This document shows, piece after piece, positions 40,151 through 52,084 of a DNA stretch of 64,000 nt. The DNA is taken from positions 13,888,001 to 13,952,000 of the forward strand of contig NC_043015.1 of NCBI RefSeq assembly GCF_006345805.1, written 5' to 3'. Origin of the DNA: Octopus sinensis. Taxonomy: Eukaryota. The notes under the pieces are model-generated. The model had not been told where the DNA came from and searched no databases. It saw only the letters and a list, made by a program, of their open reading frames with translations. A program made the position numbers and the translations under genes. Each line of letters begins with the position of its first letter. Position 1 is the first letter of the stretch.

Positions 40151-40757
40151 GATCCGAGTTTTTCCCGTGTAACTTTGAAGAACATAGATATCTTTCAATG
40201 AAATTGTATATAAATACCTTTTAAACGACATGCATTACGAATGCCTGATATGCCACAAACTCCTTATTTTTCTTCGGAAAAAGTGGTGGGGGAAGGAAAC
40301 CGGAATTATTGGAAAATGCTTTTTCTTTATCCGATGAATGAATTATGGTGACCTAATATGTCACAAAACACTTTTTTGTCAGGAAAACGGGGGCTGTTTC
40401 TTTCTTTAAAATTTCATTAAATTTTTACAAGTGCACCTTTATTAAAATTAGTGGTAACGAAGTCTGGACAAGAGAGGATACAAAATCCTTATAAAGACCA
40501 CGTTAGTGTTTGTGTGTGTGTGGGGGAAACAAAATAACTTTTACATACCCCTTAAAAATCACTAGTTTTTAAATGGTATCCAATGTTTTTACTTTTCTTT
40601 AGCAATTTTTCGTGCCCAAATTTTAATCGGGTAAGCTAATACGTTTCAAATTTGTGTGGAGAGAGGGAAAGAAAGACACATATTTTCATGTAATATACTT
40701 TGTATAGCTAAACTTCGAATGGCATAGCAATGTGATGGCCCAAATGGAGTGAGTGAT

Positions 40758-40826
<69 letters not shown>

Positions 40827-40897
40827 CTGTGTGTATCTGTATATATATATATATATATAATATAATATCAAAATAAGCAACAAGATATCAACAAGTG

Positions 40898-40984
40898 ATG
40901 CAGTACGACCGCTTCAAGCGGCTCCATTTAATTGAACAATGCAATCATGACATCAATTGAATGCAGGGCTATCATCAGCTGCAC
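40898..40984 (-). ncRNA. Minimal type-I hammerhead ribozyme-like motif (family B)
   Basis: gtgcag-CUGAUGA-long stem II-GAAG-cggtc-GUA-ctgcat. Stem I has 6 bp. The core has G in place of A15.1 and a U.U at the base of stem II. Confidence 0.65.
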
Positions 40985-41022
40985 AAATAAATAAACAGAA
41001 TTTTAATCAGTCGGACACATTA

Positions 41023-41099
<77 letters not shown>

Positions 41100-41166
41100 A
41101 TACATACATACATACATACATACATACATACATACATACATACATACATACATACATACATACACA

Positions 41167-41905
41167 CAGAGATTGGACAAAATAATTGGAACACATGTTA
41201 AATTCAATGAATATCTATTTAATATGGAGTTGGTCTTCCTTTAGCTTTCTGAACAGCCTCGATGCTTATAGAAATTGATTCACACAGCTTCCTGACTTCA
41301 TTGAGGGGAATCGTGATCCATTCTTCTTGCAAAACCTGCTCCAGCTGTTACAGAGGGTAACGACTTGTAACATGCCGTTCCAAGATGCACCACAGATGCT
41401 CAATAATATTAAGATCTAGAGATTGAGGGGACCACTCCATGTGTTGTAGCTCACTACTATGCTCTTCATACCAATTCTTAACCATATGACAGGTGTGTAT
41501 TGGAGCATTGTCATCTTGGAAGCTGCACTCACCATCAGGGAAGAATGTTTGGAACATGAGAAGGATTTGATTTCCCAAAATATTCAGAGAATCATCGCTG
41601 TTGATCCTACCATGCAGGGCAACGATTAGACCAAAAGAATTCCAAGAAATGGCTGCCCAAACAATCGTAGATCCTCCTCCGTGCTTCACTGTAGGAAGAA
41701 GGCAGTCAGGATTAAAACCTTCTCCGGGCTGCATCCACATATAAACTGGCCCTGCAGTGGGGAAAAGAGAAAACTGGACTCATCAGAGAATATTACTTGC
41801 TTCCATTGGTCTGTCGGCCAACCCTTGTGATCTCTGGACCAGTTCAGCCTTTTCTGAATGTTTTGATGAGAAAGCAGAGGTATTATCCACCGATGACGCA
41901 TGGTG
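41167..41905 (-). mobile_element. Tc1-family (DD34E) transposon remnant
   Basis: VIFSDES, KHGGGS..VW, FQDDNAPIH, WSPQSLDLNIIEHLW; terminus cagagattggacaaaataattggaacac. Confidence 0.9.
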
Positions 41906-41909
41906 CTAT

Positions 41910-42330
41910 AGTTAGGACTCTATAATGAAATCCGTTGGAAGGATAACAAAGAAATAAAAACCCACAGCTATAGCCACTCATAATAAAAAGGAGTACTGGT
42001 GGAATGTCCCAGTGAAGACCTCAATAAAATATAAGCACAATAGACCTGATATAATTATTTGGGAGAGAGAAGAGAAACTGTGTACAGTTGTGAAAATTAG
42101 CTGCCCAGCGGATGTTAACATAAAGCAGAAGATCAGTGAAAAAGAGAATACCTACGCTGAACTATTGAGAAATCTAAAGTTACTCTATCCAGATTACAAG
42201 TTCAGGTTTATGCCTGTAATTATTGTGGCCCTGGGATATGTAACACACCGCCTACATTCTAATCTTGAGAAATTAGGCTTCTCAAAACCAGAAAGGAGAA
42301 AGCTAATTCTAAGACACTGCTTTTGCTGAA
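41910..42330 (+). mobile_element. Non-LTR retrotransposon restriction-like endonuclease fragment (R4/Dong/HERO-like)
   Basis: EYWWNVPVKTSIKYKHNRPDIIIW..CTVVKISCPADVN..EK..Y..L..L..PVIIVALG fits the RPD..(E)..CP..K RLE pattern. Confidence 0.75.
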
Positions 42331-42401
42331 GTTATCTAGGGTGAGAAACCAAAACACTACTAGTGGGTGTTGTAGGAGAGTAAGTCTCTGCTAGGAGATA
42401 A

Positions 42402-42535
<134 letters not shown>

Positions 42536-42700
42536 AATAAATAAATAAAATAAATATAAGAGAGTGGTCACTATATGGCTCACTCTAGCACCAGTTAATC
42601 CAAAAGGTTTCAACCACGAAAATACATGTTTCCCATGAAAGTCAGTACGATTGTTAGCTCACACGGACAGGGCAAATAAAAATAACAAAAATACAGATTA

Positions 42701-42783
42701 TTTTGGGACAATTGTTTCGCTATTAATGAATTAAATGTAATTTTACTTACAAAAAAAATCCATTTGTAGCTCGTCAGCCAAAA
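42701..42783 (-). ncRNA. Minimal type-I hammerhead ribozyme (family C), - strand copy
   Basis: Exact reverse complement of 43636-43718. Confidence 0.88.
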
Positions 42784-43635
42784 CTATCTGGATGAAATCC
42801 ACTCAATCACACGCCAGATTTTACCATAACGATAAATACGCGTGTGGTTCAATTGATTACATCCGACGTTATAATTCAAATGCCCCAACCAACAGCGCGC
42901 CAAACTCTCACGGAAAACAAATACAGCATTTAGAAATAAATGCAGCATAATTATAATTAATTAATAAGGGTGAGAGAATTAGATACTAATTTAATAGTAT
43001 ATCTATTCAACACCAAGTGGCCTAGTGCTCCGAGAAACCTGGATTATTATAATATTTTATAACATATTATAATATTTTTACAAAATAAATATAAGAGAGT
43101 GGTCACTATATGGCTCACTCTAGCACCAGTTAATCCAAAAGGTTTCAACCACGAAAATACATGTTTCCCATGAAAGTCAGTACGATTGTTAGCTCACACG
43201 GATTTTTATTTGCCCTGTCCGTGTGAGCTAACAATCGTACTGACTTTCATGGGAAACATGTATTTTCGTGGTTGAAACCTTTTGGATTAACTGGTGCTAG
43301 AGTGAGCCATATAGTGACCACTCTCTTATATTATTTTGTAAAAATATTATAATATGTTATAAAATATTATAATAATCCAGGTTTCTCGGAGCACTAGGCC
43401 ACTTGGTGTTGAATAGATATACTATTAAATTAGTATCTAATTCTCTCACCCTTATTAATTAATTATAATTATGCTGCATTTATTTCTAAATGCTGTATTT
43501 GTTTTCCGTGAGAGTTTGGCGCGCTGTTGGTTGGGGCATTTGAATTATAACGTCGGATGTAATCAATTGAACCACACGCGTATTTATCGTTATGGTAAAA
43601 TCTGGCGTGTGATTGAGTGGATTTCATCCAGATAG

Positions 43636-43718
43636 TTTTGGCTGACGAGCTACAAATGGATTTTTTTTGTAAGTAAAATTACATTTAATTCATTAATAGC
43701 GAAACAATTGTCCCAAAA
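43636..43718 (+). ncRNA. Minimal type-I hammerhead ribozyme (family C), + strand copy
   Basis: ttttgg-CUGACGA-gcta..tagc-GAAA-caatt-GUC-ccaaaa. All core residues are present, with a 6-bp stem I and palindromic stem III ACAAUUGU. Predicted cleavage after C43712. Confidence 0.88.
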
Positions 43719-43992
43719 TAATCTGTATTTTTGTTATTTTTATTTGCCTTGTCCGTGTGAGCTAACAATCGTACTGACTTTCATGGGAAACATGTATTTT
43801 CGTGGTTGAAACCTTTTGGATTAACTGGTGCTAGAGTGAGCCATATAGTGACCACTCTCTATATTTATTTTGTAAAAATATTATAATATGTTATAAAATA
43901 TTATAATAATCCAGGTTTCTCGGAGCACTAGGCCACTTGGTGTTGAATAGATATACTATTAAATTAGTATCTAATTCTCTCACCCTTATTAA

Positions 43993-44076
<84 letters not shown>

Positions 44077-44614
44077 TGTTGAGTACGTGTGTGTGGTGTG
44101 TGTGTGCACGCGCGTATCCCACCACCCTTGGTTGCAAATATATTTTTAACGGATCTCGGTCAGAATTCCCTGCCATGACTGTTCAGATATTCAGTTGAAT
44201 AAACCACCAGCTCATTGAAGTAGCGTGCATGTGGTTGAGTATTCAAGGTATGAGTTCGCTTAATGCAATTCTCAGACGGAAGCAGTGTGATACGGTTTGA
44301 TAGGTCTGGATCTTTGAATGACAAGTACAAGTAAGGTTTGAAGGCCCAAACCATAAAATGAAAATATAACAGTTGACAGACAGCAAATTTTATGGAAGTA
44401 ATTTCCAAGTGATTGGATATATTTTTACCAACGAGTAACAAGGTCATTTATGCTCTTTCTGTGGAAATCAGCATTTCTAGATTCAACAAACTACCTAAAA
44501 GCTTCATTTGCAGCCGCCTGGTTTTGGAAGTTTATTTACTATGAAATTGTCAAGGTGTTTGAAAACAAGTAAGCCTGTAATAAACAGGTCAGGAAAATAA
44601 GGTGGATGAGGCGA

Positions 44615-45555
44615 AACTTAGATTTCCAAATCGTTAAACTTTCTAAACGTCACTCTTAACACATGTAGACTGGCGTTATCATAGAGAATTGGGCTTTTAC
44701 GATTGACTAATGCTGGTTGCATTTCGAGCAACTTATGCATTTCATTTAACTGCTGACAGGATTTCTCAGCTGTAATTGTTTCTCCTAAATTCAGGAAGTT
44801 GTAGTGAATAAATCCCGATGTAGTCTTCTGTACTGTCATATGCATAGTTTTTGATGGGATTCAGGCTTTAAGAAATGCTTCGCTGCAGATCTTTTCTTAT
44901 TAATTTAAAAAATCCACTTTTCATTACATGTTATGATCCGTTCAAGAAATGGATCATTGTGATTTTCAACAACGGGGTCGAACAGATCTCATAACGGCGA
45001 ATTTGCTGGTCCTCCATCGGTTCATCCTTTTTCTTTTTTCTAGTTTCATGCAAATAAGTAGAAATACCTGATTTACTTGTTCCCACTTTTATTGCGAGCT
45101 TACAGACTGGTCTTCGAATATCTTCCTCTACTGCTTCCGCTAGTGTGCTGTCCTCAAAGAATCGTTTCCTTCCTGGATGATCGAGATTATTAAAACTTAT
45201 CTCCTCGCCGAAACCTCTAAAACCAAAGCTGAACTGTGTGAACAGAAACTGACCCTTGGCCAAGTACTTGTCACTTGGTTGATGCCTCACGCAGTTTCAG
45301 AAACATTTTTCCATTCTTTGTACTACTCATAAAGGAAAATCATACGAAAGTTTTTTCTTGTCCATGCTTTTGAAAGGGCTGATTAATATAACCTGTAACG
45401 AGAAGGAAGTGAATCATAAGATCTTAAAAACTTTTAAATAAACATATGCTCTCTGTAAAATGCCATGGTATACTCTATTTGTACCATGCAAATTATTTTA
45501 TTTGTAGGCAAGTGTCAACAATCGACAAAACGCCATTACTTTCTGGACTACCTAA
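44615..45555 (-). mobile_element. Decayed mariner
   Basis: ttaggtagtccagaaagtaatggcg|TA terminus; fragments PGRKRFFED..IRRYEIC..LL and LYDNASLH. Confidence 0.75.
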
Positions 45556-47129
45556 TACAAATATATACTGAGCTGTAGATATTGGTTTCAAATTGTTGCA
45601 CAAGGCCAGAAATTTTGGTGGGGGGGGAGTCGATTACATCGACCCCAGATCTCAACTGCTACTCATTTTATCGACCGTGAAAGTGTGAAAGGCAAAGTCG
45701 ACCTCAGCGGAATTTGAACTCAAATCGTAAGGACAGACGAAATGCCGCTAAGCATTTTGCTCGGTAGGGTAACGATTCCACCAACCCGCCGCCTTATGCA
45801 CTGCAGATACTGGAGTATGTTTGATATGACCGTGCGTCTTTTGTGCCATTAAATACGGTTGTTTTAGTTTTAGACTAAATTTTAATTCATTTGAGATAAT
45901 TATTTATATTAGTAATCTATCTCTAACCACAACAACACACTGTCAATGGGATGTTTACAGTTACTTGGTTGAGTAAGAGGAAAAAAATATTTTAAACATA
46001 GGCTCAGTCGACAGCGGTGTGTTATATTGCTATAGTAACTGGCCTAGACATTATGACTGACAAGTTAAACAAAGGTTGACACTTCGTAACTTAGTCATAA
46101 TGCTGTCACCTTCTTGCACTCATTCATTTTATCATGGATATTTTAAAGCTCACTCTGTTGTAGTTGTGCTTTAAAAATATAAAGTCATTGGATTTTTATT
46201 TTGAATATAAGAAAGTAAAAATCTGAAAATAAACGAATAAATAAATTAATTAATTAGATAATTTTTTTTTTTTATTTTAGAAAGGATATGAAACTAGTTA
46301 GGGTTAGAGGAGGATTTAGAGCTGCAGTACTTGTTGAAATATGTTGTTGTCATTGAAAGTGTATAAATATATTTTGTTCACGTTTAAAAGCATTAGTCGT
46401 TTCACTTTTTGAAAATCTAAAAATTTATCAATGATGAAAAAATAACAAAACATATTCATCTGTAATCTAACTGTAAATTAAATATATATATAGAAACACA
46501 AAGAAAGTACTGCTACTGTAAATCCTTTAACAAGTTTCTGATCTTAAAAGACTTATAAAAAGATTATTTTCAAATTTTGAATCACTGAAGTTCTAATGGG
46601 AAAAAACCCCCGAATATCATTTACAAAAATAGAGTAATGAATAAAGTTTAAACCTTGCTAAAATGAACGCCCCACTTCTTAAGATGTCACAATGTTGGTA
46701 GAGGGGATCTGTTGTATTCTGCTACTAATGCTACATTGTGTAAGAGATCTAACTTGCCCACTAATCGCTATATAAGCTGTATAGAATGGGTTAAATGCAG
46801 TTAAATCTTACCGCCGTTAGATAAGGCACAATAATTGATGATCGTTTACTTAACATTACGCATTGAAATTTTCTCTCGTATAAAATAAGTAGAAGGTTAA
46901 CATTTTTACCATAAAGGAGTTATCTCCACTACTTGTATCTATGGAAGCTGAACATATTTTACAAATCACGTATGGAATGAGTTAGAGGCAGTTGAAATAA
47001 GCAAGAATCTGTATCGAAAGGTTCTTGAACAAATTAAGTCCCAATCAAACATTGTTTTGCCACATAGATAACAAGAAAATGGATAATTAACATTATAGGG
47101 ACGATATACGCTATATATTAATGAAAGTA

Positions 47130-47694
47130 TTGGGTTGTCCGGAAAGTTCGTGCCGATTTATAGTAGCTTACCTTTCGACTTATTTTAGAACATGGTTGAG
47201 TCCATAAAATAGGATTTGACTACACCTCCATTTAAAGCACAGTTTAAGCTATCTTTTCGTGGAAGAAGGTTTATATTCCTATAACCTGTGTTAATTCTGT
47301 AACCCTTTAAAATGGAAGATACGAAAGTTCATTTTCAGCACTTGATGCTTTGGGAACCAGACAAAAATTGCTGCAGCTCGGCTGGGATGTGTTACCCACT
47401 CTCCATATTCACCAGATATTGCTCCTTCGGATTTCCACTTATTCAGGTCTCTGCAGAATAGTCTTAATGGTAAAAATTTCAATTCTTTGGATGACGTAAA
47501 AAGATACCTTGATGAATTCTTTGCTATGAAACCACCTCCATTCTGGGAAGAAGGTATTTTCAAGTTAAAGAAAATATGGAGACGCATTGTGCAACAAAAT
47601 GTTTCATATTTGGTTGATTAAAGATGTAATGGCAAGTATTTATTGACCTTTTTCTTTTCTTTAAAATTCGGCACGAACTTTCCGGACAACCCAA
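47130..47694 (+). mobile_element. Internally deleted mariner (565 bp)
   Basis: 26-bp identical TIRs ttgggttgtccggaaagttcgtgccga and TA duplication. MEDTKVHFQHLML is fused to LGWDVLP..SPYSPDIAPSDFHLFRSLQNSL. Confidence 0.93.
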
Positions 47695-48809
47695 TACATC
47701 CAGCTAAAATGAGTCAGCGGAAAGACTGCTAATATAACAGTGTTTCACATCTGTAATTCTCTGAAGTGAAACACTTCGATTAGCTTTATGTTATCAAAGC
47801 AGCTGATAGGTAGTGGATGAATAGAATCCCTAGAACTTCGGACAAAATATGTTGTGCTTTTTCCTCGGATTCTTCATCTCTTGAGATCAACTTCCACCAA
47901 GATTCATTTTTACCTTTAATCCAGCTGAGTTAGGTGAATTGACGGAATTGTTAAAACGTCGTGCGAAATATTTCGTGATGTGTTTCCGGTACTTTAACTA
48001 CTGAGTTCGCCTGCGACGATACAAGTGCCAAGCTACATTGGACTTTGCTTTTGCCATCAAAACTATTGGTGGTGTGGGGACGGTAGACTTGCTGTATGGG
48101 CAACTACTGGTGTTCCGTTAAAAACAAAAAACTGTACCCTCGAGAATTTTCTGGTACAAATATAGAATGAAACAGCTGTTGGGCACAATTAAAGTATGAA
48201 GTATATGTGAAATTTATGATTAACTGATCTTATTAGAATTATCTCCTTTGTTGTTTTCTGTAGATTTGAAATACGTCTCGATGGAATTTAGTTTGATTTT
48301 GCTTGAATAATCTCAGTTGATGAAGTTTTCTAACTTATATATTGCATATGTAAGACTTTTGCGTATTTACATTTCGTAAGCACAGCGCTTCTCTGAGCTG
48401 TTTGATTTCAGTCACATAGTTGTTATAGCATTCAGATACGTTAAAGGAATCCGGGTCGTGTAAGGAATAAAATGTAAAACTAGAGTAAGAGGGTGTAATC
48501 GTGTGTTCACCGGTACGAATTAGGACAGAAGGAATTGTTCGTGAGCGGGACGTGAATAATGATAATTATTTTGCTGAGATGACAAAAAGTCGGAGAAGAA
48601 AGGAAATGAGCCATAAAGACTTGGCAGCGTTATTTCAACCACACATCATTATTTAGGTTCTTAGAGAAGAGGAATACAAGGCTATCGATTTACATCTAGC
48701 ACTTAAAAGAGGACGATGCTGTATTTGACAGTAAACAATCAATGTTTGAGCTGCGACTTTATATTAATGGCTCTGAAGCATGTACAGGTGAGAAAAGCTT
48801 AATCTTGAA

Positions 48810-49044
48810 TACTCTTTACTCTTTTCTCTCTCTCTTTTACTTGTTTCAGTCATTTGACTGCGGCCATGCTGGAGCACCGCCTTTAATCGAGCAACTCGAC
48901 CCCGGGACTTATTCTTTGTAAGCCCAGTACTTATCCTATCGATCTCTTTTGCCGAACCGCTAAGTGACGGGGACATAAACACACCAGCATCGGTTGTCAA
49001 GCAATGCTAGGGGGACAAACGCACACACACAAACACACACACAT

Positions 49045-49076
<32 letters not shown>

Positions 49077-49235
49077 ATATATACGACGGGCTTCTTTCAG
49101 TTTCCGTCTACCAAATCCACTCACAAGGATTTGGTTGGCCCGAGGCTATAGTAGAAGACACTTGCCCACGGTGCCACGCAGTGGGACTGAACCCGGAACC
49201 ATGTGGTTGGTAAACAAGCTACTTACCACACAGCC
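48810..49235 (-). mobile_element. SINE family 1
   Basis: Standard head, core and tail. Confidence 0.9.
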
Positions 49236-49363
49236 AATTCCGTTAATTATTTAAACGCAAGTTGGAAACTTTTACGAAATGTACATCAGCTCAGGTTACG
49301 CACCCACTTTCACGCACACACTCACTAACACACTCTCTCTCACATACACACTATACACGTGTG

Positions 49364-49416
<53 letters not shown>

Positions 49417-50165
49417 TGTGTGTGTGTGTGCGTGTGTGTGTGTGTGTGCGTGTGCGCGCGCGTGTGTGTGTATTATATCTATATTTCAGACTGAAAAATT
49501 AAGGACAGTAGTCTTTTTCTGACCCATTGACTATCTCAATACTGATTTTTTTATTGTTAGCATTGTTGTTAGTGCTCTTGTATAAAACGCTGTTGCTGAT
49601 GTTGTTGTTAGCCATGGGTAGGCGTGTCTGACAGGTTTAACCAAAAGAAGATTTGTGATCTAACATGTTTTACTCCTCTAGTTTGTTTGAATCTCAATTT
49701 CGAAAATAATTTGAAAAGTGAAGGAGTGTTTTGTCAGACGAATAATTAGTTGTTGAATCATTTGACTGTCTTTGTCTTAATTAAACACATGGACGTTTTA
49801 CACGAACACATTTCGTTTATATGAGCATTTAGTAGGGACTCCTAATAAAACGAACTTCTGGTTGCAAATGATCTGTTAATTTTAAAGGTTGATTGGAAAG
49901 TTTACAATATCGGAAAAATTCATTTGAAGTTAAACTAATTGTTATCTTTGAGGATGGTCATATTTTTGCCACTTAGTCCATTCTCAGAATTGACTAAACT
50001 GAACTGGAGAAAACCTGTAGGATAAAGAGTCGTTGGATTGGTCACAGGATGTTGATGAAAGAGCTTAACAAAGAAAATAAAATAATAATAATAATAATAA
50101 AGCTGAAGTGAAGACAAAGTATATAGTGCGTGTGCTTAAGTGATCAAAATATGACGATCACCAAA

Positions 50166-50709
50166 TCTATTATATAAAATCCGTTCTGTCTGTGTGTGTC
50201 TTCAAGGATCTCGGGCATCCTCCATCCGATTGCGCTCAAATTTGATATGTAGATACCGACGGTATCAGAGCGTGTATAAGTCGTGAAAAATTTACAAAAA
50301 TCAATTCCAGGTGAGAATGCGATCGATAAAACCGTGGAAATGTGCATTTGTACGCACAAGTACATCAGCTGTTGTGATCGATACTATGCGTACGCGAGAA
50401 AAATGCACGTGCAGTTTGCGCAAAAAACTCGGCTGGCTTGAAATAATGCCACAAAATGCAGTATATTTAAGAGACCAAAAAAGTAAGATGCAAAAGAGAT
50501 ATTTTCTTCAAACTTGGCATGAAGGAAGGAAAGACTATTTGGTTTCTCAAGAAATTTTTTTTTTTGCCTTAACTTCGTTTAACAAAACCCAAAATTTTAT
50601 TGAAATAAAGGCATGCTTAATTATTTTTTAATTAAAAGAAAACACTGATTGCTTTTTATTCAGCAGATATGATTCAGCACCGTCCATTGGACGGGGGACG
50701 TTTTGCTCG
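50166..50709 (+). mobile_element. Non-autonomous Helitron
   Basis: A|TCtattatataaaa start; hairpin ccgtccattggacgg (50680-50694) 11 nt before CTCG|T (CTAG variant). Confidence 0.65.
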
Positions 50710-50716
50710 TATAATA

Positions 50717-51045
50717 ATAACGAAGAAGGTAAAAAGAGAGCAAGTGGAAAGCTTCTGACAACGCGGAAAGTTTTATAAAACCTTTATATTTCAGACGCAA
50801 AAGCCCATATTCAGAAGAAAAGAATAGTCTGGGAAATGTCCAGTTATGTAGGTTTGGTTAACCCATACAATTTCCATAGCGTTATATTGCAGCAACGCTA
50901 GGGAATTTGAATGGATTAACGGAACCTAAATAACTGGACTTTCTCAGAATGTTGTTTTTCCTTGCGCCTAAAATATCAAAGTTTTATAAAACTTTCCGCA
51001 TTGTCAGAAGCTTTCTATTTTCTCTCTTTTTACCTTCTTCAATAT
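50717..51045. mobile_element. Fold-back MITE, self-complementary over almost its whole length
   Basis: 19-bp exact and 35-bp (34/35) outer arm blocks, inner arms roughly 80% complementary, 10-nt loop, possible TA duplication. Confidence 0.75.
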
Positions 51046-52084
51046 TACAATGCTTCAAGCGAACTACAACACTCTTATAACAATACCTGTTTCAACGTAC
51101 GATTTCACATCAGGAATCTTGCAAAACAAATACATAAACGTACGCTTGAATACATTCGATTTAAATTAAACATGACATCAGGTATGTGGCAGAGGAAAAT
51201 ACCCAGGATATCTGCTGCATTGATAATCAAGCAGTAATTTGGGTGCTAACACACAGCTCACGAAGTAATTTTAATTATTTAAAATTAAACCAGTAATTAT
51301 GATTAAAAAAATCATTATCTTAATTAATTCTGGTCTGTAACTTGTTATTTCTATTTTTGGAAATCAACAAATGTGATAATTTGGTTGACATTTGAAATGC
51401 AAAAATATTTATTTATCGTCGACAATTAATGTAAATTATCGTTATCACGAACGACACTACAGGTATTTGCACTAAGTATGAAATGCTGTTGCAGTCGAAA
51501 ATGACAGTTATACTGTTGTTGAAAGTTACCGTTGCAGTGCTGTTTGCTTCGGATCACGAATTTTAACGAGTGGTGTTGGTTAAGTGTCGCCGGTGCAGTC
51601 ATTGCCCTTTGTCTTGACTGCTACGGACAAGCGTGTGTAGCAATAGAAAGTTCTATTTATAGCGTGCCTGTTCAAGAAAAAGAGGTGCGAAAAAATAACT
51701 TGCTGGTAAGATCGTGTTTACAAATGTACCAGAATGGTCAGTTTATCAGTGACGTCAGCAATAATTGGGTGAACTGCATCCGTGTTTAGATGATGTGCAT
51801 TGGTTACAGTGATCAGGGTTCGATTTCTAGGTGTTTTGGGACTGACAAATATTCTTGCTACAGATCAATAAGACAGGGGGCACAACACCGTAATTGGTAT
51901 AGATTAGAGAGTAATTTCTGGTAGTATGGCAACTTCGTTGTGAAAGTGATAATGAAAAACATCACTCTGAGATGCTTTCAGGGAAAATATATTCCACATA
52001 GCCTGTTTTTGCTGAATAATTTGAAAAACTCTGAAGGCGAGGAATCTTTATATATATATCTTAATCTAAGTGTACAGTATTATA

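Larger units (their letters stand above)
42551..44000. mobile_element. Palindromic, partly tandem 535-bp-unit non-coding element (retrozyme / Penelope pseudo-LTR-like)
   Basis: Unit period 535 (42551 vs 43086). Arms 42551-43202 and 43218-43867 are inverted with a 15-bp spacer and differ only by isolated single-base changes. TA-type microsatellite on both flanks. Confidence 0.85.
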
